The notes: generated from the sequence alone by a model not told the origin. Positions 34,155 through 44,517 are shown, counted from the first letter of the stretch. The stretch is 64,000 nucleotides of DNA from an uncultured Dehalococcoidia bacterium (GCA_964421985.1 CAYQZE010000018.1:583-64582), one strand, 5' to 3'. A program made the numbers and translations.

Positions 34155-35339
34155 GTGACCAAGATCGCCTACCTGGACTGCTTCGCCGGCATCAGCGGCG
34201 ACATGCTGCTCGGCGCGCTGCTCGATGCCGGGCTTAGCATCGATGCGCTCCGCGGCGAACTCGATCGCCTCGACGTCGCGGGCTGGACGCTGCGTGGCGA
34301 GCGCGTGACCCGCGCCGGTATCGCGGCGACAAAGGCGCACGTCGACCTCGCCGAATCGCCACCGCCGCACCGCAGGCTGCCCGACATCCTGGCCCTGATC
34401 GACCGCTCAACGCTGCCTGCGGCCGACAAGCAACGCGCAGCCAGCGTGTTCGAGCGGCTTGCGGTGGCTGAGGCGCGTGTGCACGGCGTCGAACGCGAGT
34501 CCATCGACTTTCACGAGGTCGGTGCGCTCGACGCGATCGTCGACATCGCCGGCTGCGTCGCCGGGCTGCGGCTGCTCGGCATCGAGCGGCTGTACTGCTC
34601 GGCGTTGCCGGCAGGCGGCGGTACGGCGCGCTCGGCGCACGGCACGCTGCCCGTGCCCGCACCGGCGACGCTCGAATTGATCGCTCTGGCGCAGGCGCCC
34701 CTCGCGGCTTCGGCCGGCGACCGGCCTGTGGAGATGGTGACGCCGACGGGCGCCGCTCTGGCGACGACGCTGGCGGTCTTCGAACGGCCGGCGATGCACG
34801 TGACCGCCGTCGGTTATGGCGCCGGCGGCCGCGACCCGGAGGGCTGGCCGAACGTGCTGCGCATCTGGCTGGGCGATGCGATCGAGCCCGCTTCGCCCGC
34901 GATGCTGCTCGTCGAGACGAACATCGACGACATGAACCCGGAGATCTATGGCTACGTGCAGGAGCGGCTGTTCGCGGCGGGGGCGGCCGACGTCTGGTTC
35001 CAGCCGATCCAGATGAAGAAGAACCGCCCCGGCGTACTGCTCTCGGTGCTCTGCGCCATCGACCGGGAAGATGCCGTCGCCGGCGTCCTGCTGCGCGAGA
35101 CGCCGACGCTGGGTGTGCGCGTCAGCGCCGTGTCGCGGCATGAGGCGCTCCGCGAGAGCTTCGACTTCGAATCGAGCCTCGGTCCCGCGGCCGTGAAGAT
35201 CAAGCGCCTGCCTGGTGAGCCAGCGCGCGTTGCGCCCGAGTACGAATCCTGCCGCCGCATCGCCGAAGCACGCGGCATGCCGCTGGCCGAGGTGTACCGC
35301 ATGATCGAGCGCGAGGCGCTGGCGCTGCTGCAGCCCTGA
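34155..35339 (+). CDS. larC: LarC-family (DUF111) nickel-pincer cofactor biosynthesis protein
   Basis: MTKIAYLDCFAGISGDMLLGALLDAG N-terminus and overall LarC/UPF0272 architecture. GTG start with GGAGG ribosome-binding site. Confidence 0.8.
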   Translation: MTKIAYLDCFAGISGDMLLGALLDAGLSIDALRGELDRLDVAGWTLRGERVTRAGIAATKAHVDLAESPPPHRRLPDILALIDRSTLPAADKQRAASVFERLAVAEARVHGVERESIDFHEVGALDAIVDIAGCVAGLRLLGIERLYCSALPAGGGTARSAHGTLPVPAPATLELIALAQAPLAASAGDRPVEMVTPTGAALATTLAVFERPAMHVTAVGYGAGGRDPEGWPNVLRIWLGDAIEPASPAMLLVETNIDDMNPEIYGYVQERLFAAGAADVWFQPIQMKKNRPGVLLSVLCAIDREDAVAGVLLRETPTLGVRVSAVSRHEALRESFDFESSLGPAAVKIKRLPGEPARVAPEYESCRRIAEARGMPLAEVYRMIEREALALLQP

Positions 35340-35479
35340 GCCAGGCGCGCGTCGGATCCCGGACATATTCGTAACGCTGGGCGCATCGGCATGAGGCGGC
35401 GGCTGTGCTGGCGGCCGACGGAGCTTCGACGCACCGACGCTATCCGCGCAGCGCCGGTCGGCGTGCCATCCACATCGAC

Positions 35480-36430
35480 CTAGATCGAGAACTGCTCCTT
35501 GCCCTCGTACACCGCCATCGCCTCGTCGACGCTGTGGCCGCCGTAGGTGATGGCGGAGATGGCGTTCGTCATCTGCACCGCCTCGTGCAGCGGCTTCTGG
35601 TGGATATTGCGCCCCGTGGCGCTGCCGTAGGCGCCCGAGATGAAGATCTGGTCGTGCAGCGTCTGAAGAAACTTGCGCACGTCGGTGCTGCCGCCGCCCG
35701 CCGTGATCACACGCGTGCGTCCGGCCGCCTTGACTGCTTCCTTGAAGGCCTCAGCGGGCGAGCCTTCCTTCGGTTTGCAATAGTTCACCTTGCAAAAGTC
35801 TGCGCCCAGCGTCGCACCCAGACCAGTCGCTCCGGCGATGATGTGCGGGTGCTGTTCCTCGGGTACGGCCGCCCCGCGCGGATAGATCCAGAGCGCCGAG
35901 ACCAGGCCCGCCCGGTGGGCCTGGAAGCAGGCCTGCGCTGCCTCGCGCATCTGCTCCGGCTCGTACGCACTGCCCAGGTAGACGGTGAAGCCCACGGCGA
36001 CGACGTTCACGCCATTCTCTCGCAGCGTCAACGCGTCGCCGACACTGCACCATGCCAGGCTGCGCGGATCCTGCTGCGAGGTCTTGATGAGATGCGATTT
36101 TGAGTTGAGCTTCACGAGATAGGGCACCGTCGGATAATCGCGGGCGTATCGAGCGATCAGCCCGAGCTGCGTCGCGAAACAGCCGATGACGCCATCGCGC
36201 GCGATGCGGAACAGGTGCTCCGGGTCGGCATCGTCGTCCGCGATGGGCGTGCCGTCGCTGAGCGCGCCGTAGAAGTCGTCGTTCAGATGTTCGACCTTCT
36301 GGTCGCCGGCGAACAGCATCAGCCGGCCGGTGCCCTTCGTCATCGTCTGGAAGTTCTGTTCGTAGAGCGCGCGATTTGCGGAGGGCACGTCGGCGGGGAC
36401 ATCGATCCGGTTGGTCGTCATCGTGGTCAT
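35480..36430 (-). CDS. class I fructose-bisphosphate aldolase, DhnA/FbaB family
   Basis: 316 aa, archaeal-type class I aldolase family (PYLVKLNSKSH...FCKVNY...). Confidence 0.7.
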   Translation of the reverse strand: MTTMTTNRIDVPADVPSANRALYEQNFQTMTKGTGRLMLFAGDQKVEHLNDDFYGALSDGTPIADDDADPEHLFRIARDGVIGCFATQLGLIARYARDYPTVPYLVKLNSKSHLIKTSQQDPRSLAWCSVGDALTLRENGVNVVAVGFTVYLGSAYEPEQMREAAQACFQAHRAGLVSALWIYPRGAAVPEEQHPHIIAGATGLGATLGADFCKVNYCKPKEGSPAEAFKEAVKAAGRTRVITAGGGSTDVRKFLQTLHDQIFISGAYGSATGRNIHQKPLHEAVQMTNAISAITYGGHSVDEAMAVYEGKEQFSI

Positions 36431-36715
36431 GTCGGCGCTCCTTCGGTCGCTGTGTCGCGGGTCGTCACTTGCCGGGACGTGATATGCCCGATCGCCGGCA
36501 GCGACCCTGCCCCTTTATTATCGAACTCCCGCCGGGCGATGACAACGGCCGGACCGTACTTGACCGCTTACAGGTACCGAGCGCGGTGAGGGCAGTTCGC
36601 CGCGGGAGGCCGGAGCCGCGGGACGCGCATGACCGCGCACGCACGGCGAGCGGCAGGCCGTTCACGGAGCAGACCGCGCGCGTGCGCCGCATTCCGGGTA
36701 GCGGTGACCGGCGTC

Positions 36716-37366
36716 TCAGCCCCGCTGGAACTCAGCCGCTCCGTAGCCCAGCAGATCGCTGAAATTCTTCGTGACGATATCCGGCTTGTAGTCGACGGCG
36801 TGCTTGGGGTCGAGTGCGTACTTGCCCTGGAGCACGTGGACCGTCGTGAGTCTCGAGCCCAGCGCCGCCTTCGCGCGCATGAGAATGCCGGGCTTATCGT
36901 CGATGAGCACGTAGTGGCCGGCCTTGAACTGCGCTTCTACGGCAGGAAGAAAGCGCTCCTTGTGCGCAAAAATGAACACCCGGCCATCGACGGCTTCGGT
37001 GACGCCGCACTTGTGGATCTTCGTCGGCTGGAACACCGGGTCGCCGTCCGAAAGCACGAGCGGCAGGCCCATCGTCTTGAGGTGCAGGACCGTCTCGATC
37101 GCGCGCGGGTAGACGCGTGCGGAAAAGTCCCAGTCCGCCAGCGCGTCGGTGGCGGCGTCGACGACCGGCAGCTTGTCGCCGGCCACTTCAGCGCGTAGCC
37201 GCTTCATCTGCTCGAAGAAGTCGATGACGTCGAGATCTTTGCGGACGGCTTCGTACAGCTCCCAGAAGCGCACGGCCAGTGCGTCGCCCAGGATCTCAAG
37301 CATGCGTCGTTCGAGGTCCTTCTTCACGCCGTCGTTGTCGAGGATCGTGTTGTCCAGATCGATCAT
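36716..37366 (-). CDS. HAD-superfamily hydrolase
   Basis: MIDLDNTILD (DxDxT motif I). LVLSDGD. Confidence 0.65.
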   Translation of the reverse strand: MIDLDNTILDNDGVKKDLERRMLEILGDALAVRFWELYEAVRKDLDVIDFFEQMKRLRAEVAGDKLPVVDAATDALADWDFSARVYPRAIETVLHLKTMGLPLVLSDGDPVFQPTKIHKCGVTEAVDGRVFIFAHKERFLPAVEAQFKAGHYVLIDDKPGILMRAKAALGSRLTTVHVLQGKYALDPKHAVDYKPDIVTKNFSDLLGYGAAEFQRG

Positions 37367-37490
37367 GAAGACGAGGTCGCGCACGAGATCCCCTTCCGCC
37401 GGCACTTGATGGCGGCCGTCCACGGCAACCATGGTACGCCGCGGCCTCCGTTCAGGCGAGGGCCGAGTGGGCCGAATGGAACAAGTTCAT

Positions 37491-38438
37491 CTACGGCCGA
37501 AGCATCAACGTCCCGGCGACGTACGGGAGGAGCGCGGACAGATCACCACTCGCGCGCAGGAAGATCTGCGCGTCGGGAGCGATCTGCCGGACCGCTCGCA
37601 GCAGACCTCTGGCGTCGGCGATCCAGTCGGCGTCGGTGTAGGTGCGGTTCGTCGCTTTGTTGATCGGATGCGAGAGCAGCACGGCATCACCGCATGGCGT
37701 GAGGGGCGCCGGCACGCACGCGGCGACACCGTCGAGCAGCACGCCGTCGTAGCCCAGCCTGGCGAACTGCCGCGTCCGGACGCCGATGTCGTTGCGGACG
37801 TCCGCGCTGGCCGGGTCGAAGGCATAGCTCGGCCTTCCATTCCATGCGGCGATGTCCTGGTAGGCGTGCACGAACTCGCCGCTGCCGTCGCGCAGGAACC
37901 ACGGGCCGTGCACGCCGTCGTCGGGAGCGACGCCGAAGATCGGCCCGTCGTTGTTCGTCAGCGCGCCGACGTAACGCAACACGCGCAGCCGGGGATTCGT
38001 GGCCTTCATGCTCGCGATCTGCGATGCGTCGAACGCCGCTCCGTCCGGTTGCCAGCGGAGGTCGTCGACGACGATGTCGTGCGCGGCCGCGATGGCGGCG
38101 AGTTCGTCCGGCGTGGCGTCGCGCTTCGGCGGATTGCCGTAGCGGTCACGCCGCGTCAGGTCGAGCGGACGGAAGTCGAGCGCGATCGCCTGCGACTCTA
38201 TCGCCTTCTCCGGGCCCGATGCCCGCTGCGGCCCGCTCGCCCCCGGCGCGGCCGCTGCGCCCTCCCCCGGTGCGTGCGCCACGGCCACGGGCGGAGCCGC
38301 ATCGCTGCCAGCCCCGTAGCTCGCCCGCCCGCGCGGGACGTCGTCCGACGGCAGCACCCGCGCCAGCCCGGCGATGCCGCCGCCGAACGCAACAGCCCCC
38401 ACAAGCACGACCAGCCACGACATCCGGGTAACCCGCAC
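37491..38438 (-). CDS. hypothetical exported/membrane-anchored protein (possible glycoside-hydrolase-like TIM barrel)
   Basis: N-terminal TM/signal anchor MSWLVVLVGAVAFGGGIAGLA. No confident family. Confidence 0.4.
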   Translation of the reverse strand: MRVTRMSWLVVLVGAVAFGGGIAGLARVLPSDDVPRGRASYGAGSDAAPPVAVAHAPGEGAAAAPGASGPQRASGPEKAIESQAIALDFRPLDLTRRDRYGNPPKRDATPDELAAIAAAHDIVVDDLRWQPDGAAFDASQIASMKATNPRLRVLRYVGALTNNDGPIFGVAPDDGVHGPWFLRDGSGEFVHAYQDIAAWNGRPSYAFDPASADVRNDIGVRTRQFARLGYDGVLLDGVAACVPAPLTPCGDAVLLSHPINKATNRTYTDADWIADARGLLRAVRQIAPDAQIFLRASGDLSALLPYVAGTLMLRP

Positions 38439-38570
38439 GCGTAGGTATCGGCAGCGCGGCCGCGCATGTATGGGGGTTCACCTAAGGGAAGCCGCTCATC
38501 GGAGCCTTCGCGGCGCGCGTCCCTGGGGCCGGAATCGCCCTCGCCGCGCCGATTCGCCATACTGCGCCGC

Positions 38571-39374
38571 ATGGAGATCACCGCAGATGCACCGCTGACG
38601 CCGCGTGGCCGCGCCGGCACACGCGCGTTCGGCGATACGCCGTGGACGCCGCGTGACGTGCTGTTCGGCGCGCTGTGGTTCGTTGGCATCTTCGTCGGCG
38701 CGCAGGTCGCGCTGCTGCCGCTGGCCCTGGTGTTCGGCGCGGCGTCCGGGCAGTTCTTCTCGGCGGCGTTCATCTCGAGCGCGGCGGTCGAAGTGTGCAT
38801 CGTCGTCGTGGCGGCGAACTTCACCTTCCGGCGCTACGGCGGCAGCTGGGAGCGGCTGGGCATCCGCCAGCCGGGGCGCTCGGCGATCGTCTGGGCGTTG
38901 GCGGCCTTCGCCGGCGCGCTCGTCGTCTCGTTCGTCTATGCCGCGATCATCGATGTGCTCGACGTGGGCTGGCTGCGGTCCGGATGCGCCGAGCAGGTGC
39001 CGAAGGAGGTGCGCGACACGCGCGCGCTGCTCGCGCTGGCCAGTCTGACGGTGATCGCCTTCGCGCCCGTGTGCGAGGAACTGTTCTTCCGTGGCTTCAT
39101 CGTGCCGGGGATCTCGAATCGCTGGGGGCTGGTCGCCGGGATCGTCGCCAGCGGCGTCATCTTCTCGGGCGTCCACCTGCTGTACAAGTCGTTCGTACCG
39201 ATCGCGGGCGTTGGTATGGTGTTCGCCTACGCGTACTACCGGAGCGGCAACATCTTCACGACCATCCTGGCGCACATCGCCTTTAACAGCCTCTCGATCG
39301 GTCTGATTGCGGCGGGGTCCTGCGACAGCACGTCTTCCATCTCCACCGGCCTGGTGAGGGGGTGGCCGCTGTGA
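38571..39374 (+). CDS. CPBP-family intramembrane metalloprotease (CAAX protease homologue)
   Basis: EELFFRGF and FSGVHL motifs in a polytopic membrane protein. Confidence 0.75.
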   Translation: MEITADAPLTPRGRAGTRAFGDTPWTPRDVLFGALWFVGIFVGAQVALLPLALVFGAASGQFFSAAFISSAAVEVCIVVVAANFTFRRYGGSWERLGIRQPGRSAIVWALAAFAGALVVSFVYAAIIDVLDVGWLRSGCAEQVPKEVRDTRALLALASLTVIAFAPVCEELFFRGFIVPGISNRWGLVAGIVASGVIFSGVHLLYKSFVPIAGVGMVFAYAYYRSGNIFTTILAHIAFNSLSIGLIAAGSCDSTSSISTGLVRGWPL

Positions 39375-40174
39375 GCCGCATCGCGGCGACGTTGGAGCGC
39401 GCCCGCGCGGAAGGGCGCATCGCGCTCTTCCCTTTCATGACGGTGGGGTATCCGGACCTGGACACCAGCATCGCGCTGGTGAAGGCGATGGTCGAGGCCG
39501 GGGGCGAGGGGATCGAGCTGGGGATCCCCTTCAGCGACCCGCTCGCCGACGGGCCGACGGTGCAGAAGGCCTCATACCAGGCCTTGCAGGGCGGCACGCA
39601 CCCCCGCGATGCGCTTGACGTCGTGCGCCGGTTGCGCGCCGCCGGGGTTGCCGTGCCACTGATCCTTATGGGATACTTGAACACCTTCCTCGCCTGTGGC
39701 GAGGAATCGTTTATCTCGGACGCTGCCACGGCCGGCGCCGACGGGCTGATCATCGTCGATCTGCCGCCGGAAGAGTCGGACGCCACGAAGGCGCTGTGCG
39801 AGACGAACGGGCTCGACCTGATCTACCTGCTGGCGCCGACATCGGACGATGGGCGCATTGCAGAGGTCACGTCGAGGGCGTCGGGGTTCATCTACTGCGT
39901 GGGCGTGGTAGGCGTAACGGGCGCCCGGGACAGCATCTCGGCGGAGTTGCCAGGGTTCTTGCGCCGGCTGCGCGAGAAGACTGCTCTGCCGCTGGTAGTA
40001 GGATTCGGCATCTCCAAGCGCGAGCACGTGCAGGCGCTGGAGGGGCTGGCCGACGGGGCGATCGTCGCCAGCGTGCTGATTGACATCGTAGAGTCGTCGC
40101 CTCGCGACGAACAGGTGCAGAGAGTTCGGACGTATGTTGAGGTGCTCACCGGCCGCTCGGAGGCCAGCACGTAG
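39362..40174 (+). CDS. trpA: tryptophan synthase alpha chain
   Basis: ALFPFMTVGYPDL...GIELGIPFSDPLADGPTVQ...GFGIS, 270 aa. GTG start overlaps the upstream gene end. Confidence 0.9.
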   Translation: MAAVSRIAATLERARAEGRIALFPFMTVGYPDLDTSIALVKAMVEAGGEGIELGIPFSDPLADGPTVQKASYQALQGGTHPRDALDVVRRLRAAGVAVPLILMGYLNTFLACGEESFISDAATAGADGLIIVDLPPEESDATKALCETNGLDLIYLLAPTSDDGRIAEVTSRASGFIYCVGVVGVTGARDSISAELPGFLRRLREKTALPLVVGFGISKREHVQALEGLADGAIVASVLIDIVESSPRDEQVQRVRTYVEVLTGRSEAST

Positions 40175-40279
40175 AGCCATCGAAGGTTCCTTGCGGATCT
40201 CCGCCGGCTGCGCGTGGTACTCCGCGGCCGGCGCATTTGGGCCGTATCGCTAGCGGCCGCTCGCGCGTGACGGGCGGTC

Positions 40280-40296
40280 GTAGGCCCCGGCGGGGC
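40280..40296 (+). repeat. weak REP-like element (GTAG + gccccg/cggggc palindrome)
   Basis: GTAGGCCCCGGCGGGGC. Confidence 0.3.
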
Positions 40297-40319
40297 GTAC
40301 GGTCGAAGGCGGAGCATCC

Positions 40320-40706
40320 ATGGGCACGAACGAGGCGATCCGGCTGCGCGGGATCCGCGGTGCGACGACAGTCGAGTCGAACACCAGAGAGGCGATCCTC
40401 GAAGCCACCGGCGAACTGCTCACCGCCATCATCGACGCGAATGGCCTTCAGGAAGACGACGTCGCGAGCGTGTTCTTTTCCGCGACGCAGGACCTGAACG
40501 CCGAGTTTCCCGCACTGGCGGCGCGACACATGGGCTGGTCTCACGTCGCGCTCACCTGCATGCAGGAGATGTACGTGCCGGGCAGCCTGCCGATGTGCGT
40601 GCGGATCCTGATGCACGCGAACACTGCGAAGGCGCTGCGGGAGGTCCAATTCGTCTACCTGCGCGGGGCACGCGTGCTGCGCCCGGACCTGGCGAACGAG
40701 GCGTGA
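40320..40706 (+). CDS. aroH: monofunctional chorismate mutase, AroH class
   Basis: 128 aa. IRGIRGATTVESNTREAIL is the AroH-class signature. Confidence 0.8.
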   Translation: MGTNEAIRLRGIRGATTVESNTREAILEATGELLTAIIDANGLQEDDVASVFFSATQDLNAEFPALAARHMGWSHVALTCMQEMYVPGSLPMCVRILMHANTAKALREVQFVYLRGARVLRPDLANEA

Positions 40707-40889
40707 CCGCCGGGAGCTACGAATGCGACGGCCCGTGGAGGGCACGAAGGGGATCACGAAGAGTTGACCACAGAGGGAACAGCGGCGCGCCCGCTGCGTT
40801 GAGTCAGATAGGGCGCGGACTGCCGAGTCGAACAACGGCTGGAATCACGTCTTCCACCACGAGGTGGAGGATGGAGGAGAGAGAGTCAA

Positions 40890-41930
40890 ATGATGGTAAT
40901 CATGAAGCCGGGACATACCCGAGCGGAGTTCGATGCGGTGATGGGCCGCATCAAGGAAGTGGGGCTGGACGGCCACCCGATCATCGGCGTCGAGCGCACG
41001 GTGATCGGTGTCGTCGGCTTGGATCGGGAACACCCTGAGCTGGCCGACGACATCGAGGTGATGCCGGGCGTTGAAGGGACGGTGCCGATTAGCAGCCCCT
41101 TCAAGCTGTGCAGCCGCGAGTTCCGCTCGGACGATACCGTGGTCAACGTCAACGGCGTGCGCATCGGCGAGGGCACCGTGACCGTGATGGCGGGTCCGTG
41201 CGCCGTCGAGAGTGAAGCGCAGTTGATGGCGACGGCGAAGGCGATGAAGGAGCGTGGCGCGTCGATCCTGCGCGGCGGCGCCTTCAAGCCACGGACGTCA
41301 CCCTACAGCTTTCGCGGGCTCGAGGAAGACGGCCTCAAGCTGCTGGCGCAAGCGCGCCAGGAGACGGGGTTGCCGGTGGTGACGGAGGTGATGTCCGAAA
41401 CGACCGTGCAGTTGATCGCCAAGTACGCCGACATCCTGCAGATCGGCACGCGCAACGCGCAGAACTTCTTCCTGCTCGAAGAGGTGGCGAAGGCACACAA
41501 GCCCGTTCTGCTCAAGCGCGGCCGGTCCTCGCCGATCCAGGAGTGGCTGCTCGCGGCCGAGTACATCCTGGCGAAGGGCAACCGCGACGTCATCCTCTGC
41601 GAGCGCGGCATCAGCACGTTCGAGACGGCGGCGCGGAACACCATGGACATCAACGCCATCCCCCTGGTGAAGGAGATGAGCCATCTCCCCATCGTCGCCG
41701 ACCCGAGCCACGGCACGGGCAAGCGAAAGCTGGTCGGTCCGGTGGCGCTGGGTATGGTGGCGGCCGGCGCCGACGGGCTGATCCTCGAAGTGCACCCTAG
41801 CCCTGAGCACGCGCTCAGTGACGGCGCGCAGTCGCTGACGTTCGACCTCTTCTCGAGCCTGATGCAGAACGTCACCAAGGTGGCGGCCGCCGTCGGCAAG
41901 CGGATGGAGCGCGAAGCGGTGGCTGTGTAA
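40890..41930 (+). CDS. 3-deoxy-7-phosphoheptulonate (DAHP) synthase, type I-beta, with an N-terminal regulatory domain
   Basis: 346 aa. MAGPCAVESEAQL...GAFKPRTSPYSFRGL...DPSHGTGKRK. Confidence 0.9.
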   Translation: MMVIMKPGHTRAEFDAVMGRIKEVGLDGHPIIGVERTVIGVVGLDREHPELADDIEVMPGVEGTVPISSPFKLCSREFRSDDTVVNVNGVRIGEGTVTVMAGPCAVESEAQLMATAKAMKERGASILRGGAFKPRTSPYSFRGLEEDGLKLLAQARQETGLPVVTEVMSETTVQLIAKYADILQIGTRNAQNFFLLEEVAKAHKPVLLKRGRSSPIQEWLLAAEYILAKGNRDVILCERGISTFETAARNTMDINAIPLVKEMSHLPIVADPSHGTGKRKLVGPVALGMVAAGADGLILEVHPSPEHALSDGAQSLTFDLFSSLMQNVTKVAAAVGKRMEREAVAV

Positions 41931-41947
41931 CGGAAAGGTTGTACGTC

Positions 41948-41971
41948 GTAGGGGCGTAGCCTGCTGCGCCC
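41948..41971 (+). repeat. REP element type 1 (GTAG + 9-bp hairpin gggcgtagc/gctgcgccc)
   Basis: GTAGGGGCGTAGCCTGCTGCGCCC. One G-T difference from the copies at 57957 and 58259. Confidence 0.6.
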
Positions 41972-41993
41972 TCGCGAGGATCGGATACATCAC

Positions 41994-42016
41994 GTAGCGC
42001 GGGCTTCAGCCCGCGC
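41994..42016 (+). repeat. REP element type 2 (GTAG + gcgcgggc/gcccgcgc hairpin, loop ttca)
   Basis: GTAGCGCGGGCTTCAGCCCGCGCGG. Paralogous to the copy at 19772. Confidence 0.55.
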
Positions 42017-42036
42017 GGACAACGCACAAAGCATGA

Positions 42037-42078
42037 GGGACGGATGGCCTATGCCGTCCGTCCCTCAACGTTTTGTGG
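42037..42078 (+). terminator. 12-bp-stem hairpin (gggacggatggc/gccgtccgtccc) followed by a TCAACGTTTTGTGG T-rich tract, between convergent genes
   Basis: Read directly from the sequence. Confidence 0.5.
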
Positions 42079-42085
42079 CGATGCG

Positions 42086-42841
42086 TCACACCTCGCGCGT
42101 CTCGGATGCGTAGAACGTCGCCGACATGTGGTCGATCGTCGTGCTCGCGAGCGCGCGCTTCGGCAGGCCAAGCGCGCGCAATTCGTCGGCGATCGCGTGC
42201 GTACCAAGTTGCAGGCTTGCACCACCAAGACGTGCGCCCAGCCCGGTGCCGCCCATCGTTGCGCGCGTCCGGTACAGCGCGCCGTCCCGCAATGCGTACG
42301 ATATCTGCTCGCGCCGGGGCATCGAGCGCGAGCCACCGGCGTGCACGGTCTGCGTGAGGACGTGCTGTCCATCGACCGTCAACACCGACGTGCTGCCGCC
42401 GGCCACGGCGGAGATCGCGATCTCGCTCATGAATTTCGGGAAGCCCCAGATGGTCCGACCGGCTTCGCACGTGAACTCGCCATCGACGGGCAGGTGGTGG
42501 ATGTAGGCGGCGAGGTTGCCTCGCACCATGCTCAGGACGGTCCCTGCGAAGGGTATCGCCCGCGTGCCGCGCTCCCGTACGAAGAAGGTGATCGCGATCT
42601 CGTGGTACCGGCCGAGGTCGTTGTCCCGGTAGTCGACGCTGCCGATCGAGCAGAGCGTGCGCCCGGGGAGGATCGTCGCGACGTGAAGGCCCGTGGGGGC
42701 GACGAGGTGCTGCGCCGCCCTGGCGCTGACCAGATAGAACGCCACAGCCGTGGAGGCGTCGCGCACCTCGACCGGCAGGCGCACGTCACGGCCCTGAATC
42801 CGATGCGTTTCCGCCTGGACGAGCGGCGCCGGCGACGTCAC
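42086..42841 (-). CDS. acetoacetate decarboxylase (ADC) family protein
   Basis: 252 aa from GTG 42839-42841 with GGAGG ribosome-binding site. ADC-like beta-cone family similarity; modest confidence. Confidence 0.55.
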   Translation of the reverse strand: MTSPAPLVQAETHRIQGRDVRLPVEVRDASTAVAFYLVSARAAQHLVAPTGLHVATILPGRTLCSIGSVDYRDNDLGRYHEIAITFFVRERGTRAIPFAGTVLSMVRGNLAAYIHHLPVDGEFTCEAGRTIWGFPKFMSEIAISAVAGGSTSVLTVDGQHVLTQTVHAGGSRSMPRREQISYALRDGALYRTRATMGGTGLGARLGGASLQLGTHAIADELRALGLPKRALASTTIDHMSATFYASETREV

Positions 42842-43011
42842 GCGAAACCTCCAGTCCGCTGGGGCTCGATCATAGCACGGACGCCCCGGCGCGCGCCGAA
42901 GGCTTACCGTGTGGCAACTGGCGTCGTGTGCTCGACGCCGATTGGCCCTCGTCGAGGCGGCCGGGTGTCCGCTACACTGGGGCTGTCCACGCACATAACG
43001 GAGGATGAACC

Positions 43012-43953
43012 ATGGTTGCCACGAATGAACGTTCCCCGCAGACGAGCCCGTCTTCGAACGGCGGTAGCGCGGCCGTAACCGGGACGTGGGCCGTCAAGAA
43101 GGGGCTGGCGCAGATGTTGAAGGGCGGCGTCATCATGGACGTCGTCACGCCGGAGCAGGCGAAGATCGCCGAGGAGGCAGGCGCCTGCGCCGTCATGGCG
43201 CTGGAGCGCGTGCCCTCGGATATCCGCAAAGATGGCGGCGTTGCGCGCATGTCGGACCCGGAGATGATCACCGGCATCATCGCCGCCGTCACGATCCCTG
43301 TGATGGCGAAAGCCCGCATCGGTCACTTCGTTGAGGCGCAGGTGCTGGAGGCGCTGGGTGTCGATTACATCGACGAGTCCGAGGTACTGACGCCGGCCGA
43401 TGAGGAGCATCACATCGACAAGCACCAGTTCAAGGTGCCGTTCGTCTGCGGCTGCCGCGACCTGGGCGAGGCGCTTCGCCGGATCAGCGAGGGCGCGGCG
43501 ATGATCCGCACCAAGGGCGAAGCCGGCACCGGGAATGTGGTGGAGGCCGTGCGACACATGCGCGCGCTGTGGGACGGCATCCGCCGCCTCCAAAACATGC
43601 CGGAGGACGAACTCTTCGCCGCTGCGAAGGAGCTGTCGGCCCCGTATGACCTCGTGAAGTACGTCCACGATAACGGCAAGTTGCCCGTCGTGAACTTCTC
43701 AGCCGGCGGCATCGCGACGCCGGCGGACGCGGCGCTGATGATGCAGCTCGGAGCGGAAGGCAACTTCGTCGGCTCGGGCATCTTCAAGTCGGAGAATCCG
43801 GAGCAGATGGCGAAAGCGATCGTCAAGGCGACCACGCACTTCCGCGACGCCGCGATCATCGCCGAGGTCTCGCGAGGTACCGGCACGGCGATGAAGGGCC
43901 TCGAGATCGGTGCTATTCCGCCGCACGAGATCCTGGCAACGCGCGGCTGGTAG
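43012..43953 (+). CDS. pdxS: pyridoxal 5'-phosphate synthase subunit PdxS
   Basis: GGVIMDVV...AEEAGA...[13 protein letters not shown]...[19 protein letters not shown]...[17 protein letters not shown]. Confidence 0.9.
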   Translation: MVATNERSPQTSPSSNGGSAAVTGTWAVKKGLAQMLKGGVIMDVVTPEQAKIAEEAGACAVMALERVPSDIRKDGGVARMSDPEMITGIIAAVTIPVMAKARIGHFVEAQVLEALGVDYIDESEVLTPADEEHHIDKHQFKVPFVCGCRDLGEALRRISEGAAMIRTKGEAGTGNVVEAVRHMRALWDGIRRLQNMPEDELFAAAKELSAPYDLVKYVHDNGKLPVVNFSAGGIATPADAALMMQLGAEGNFVGSGIFKSENPEQMAKAIVKATTHFRDAAIIAEVSRGTGTAMKGLEIGAIPPHEILATRGW

Positions 43954-44203
43954 GCAACCCGGGCACACGTCGGTGCGGGTCAGAGCGGCGGCGTCGTCTC
44001 GGCCCCGCTGATCCGGCCTGGCAGCGCCCGACGATCCCGAATCGACCGGAAAAACAGGCTACGTTGCCTGTAATGTTCGGCCGGGTTCAGCGTTGGAATA
44101 CCGGCGAGCAAGCGAAAGAGCGCTCGTGGACGGCACTCCCGCCGGCGGGGGTGCAGGCACCAATACAGATTCGGCCGGCGCGTCCGATGCTTAGGGTAAG
44201 GCG

Positions 44204-44398
44204 ATGACCATGACCACCAAGACTGCAGAGAATCCGACCAGCTTCGAAGAGGCCGCGGCCGCCCGATGGCTTGCCACGACGCTGGCACAGGCCCGCATCG
44301 ATACCAAGAACGTGCCGTCGGCGGACGCCGTCGACCGTATCCGCGCCCGCGTCTTCGGGCCCGAGCCAGCCCAAAAGGCACGCTCGATCGCGGCGTAA
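44204..44398 (+). CDS. small hypothetical protein (64 aa)
   Basis: ORF only. Preceded by a 250-bp non-coding gap and followed by a strong hairpin. Confidence 0.3.
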   Translation: MTMTTKTAENPTSFEEAAAARWLATTLAQARIDTKNVPSADAVDRIRARVFGPEPAQKARSIAA

Positions 44399-44419
44399 CA
44401 CCCGGCGAACGATTGTTGA

Positions 44420-44448
44420 AGCATGCCCGGTTACGAGCCGGGCATGCT
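44420..44448 (+). terminator. 11-bp perfect-stem hairpin (agcatgcccgg/ccgggcatgct, loop ttacgag) 22 nt after the small ORF stop
   Basis: Read directly from the sequence. No U-tract. Confidence 0.4.
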
Positions 44449-44517
44449 CGCGCCCGCCGCCGAGGATGGAGCGCCCCCCGCTTAGCACGCAAGCCGCGCA
44501 GGCCCGATACTGTAGGC

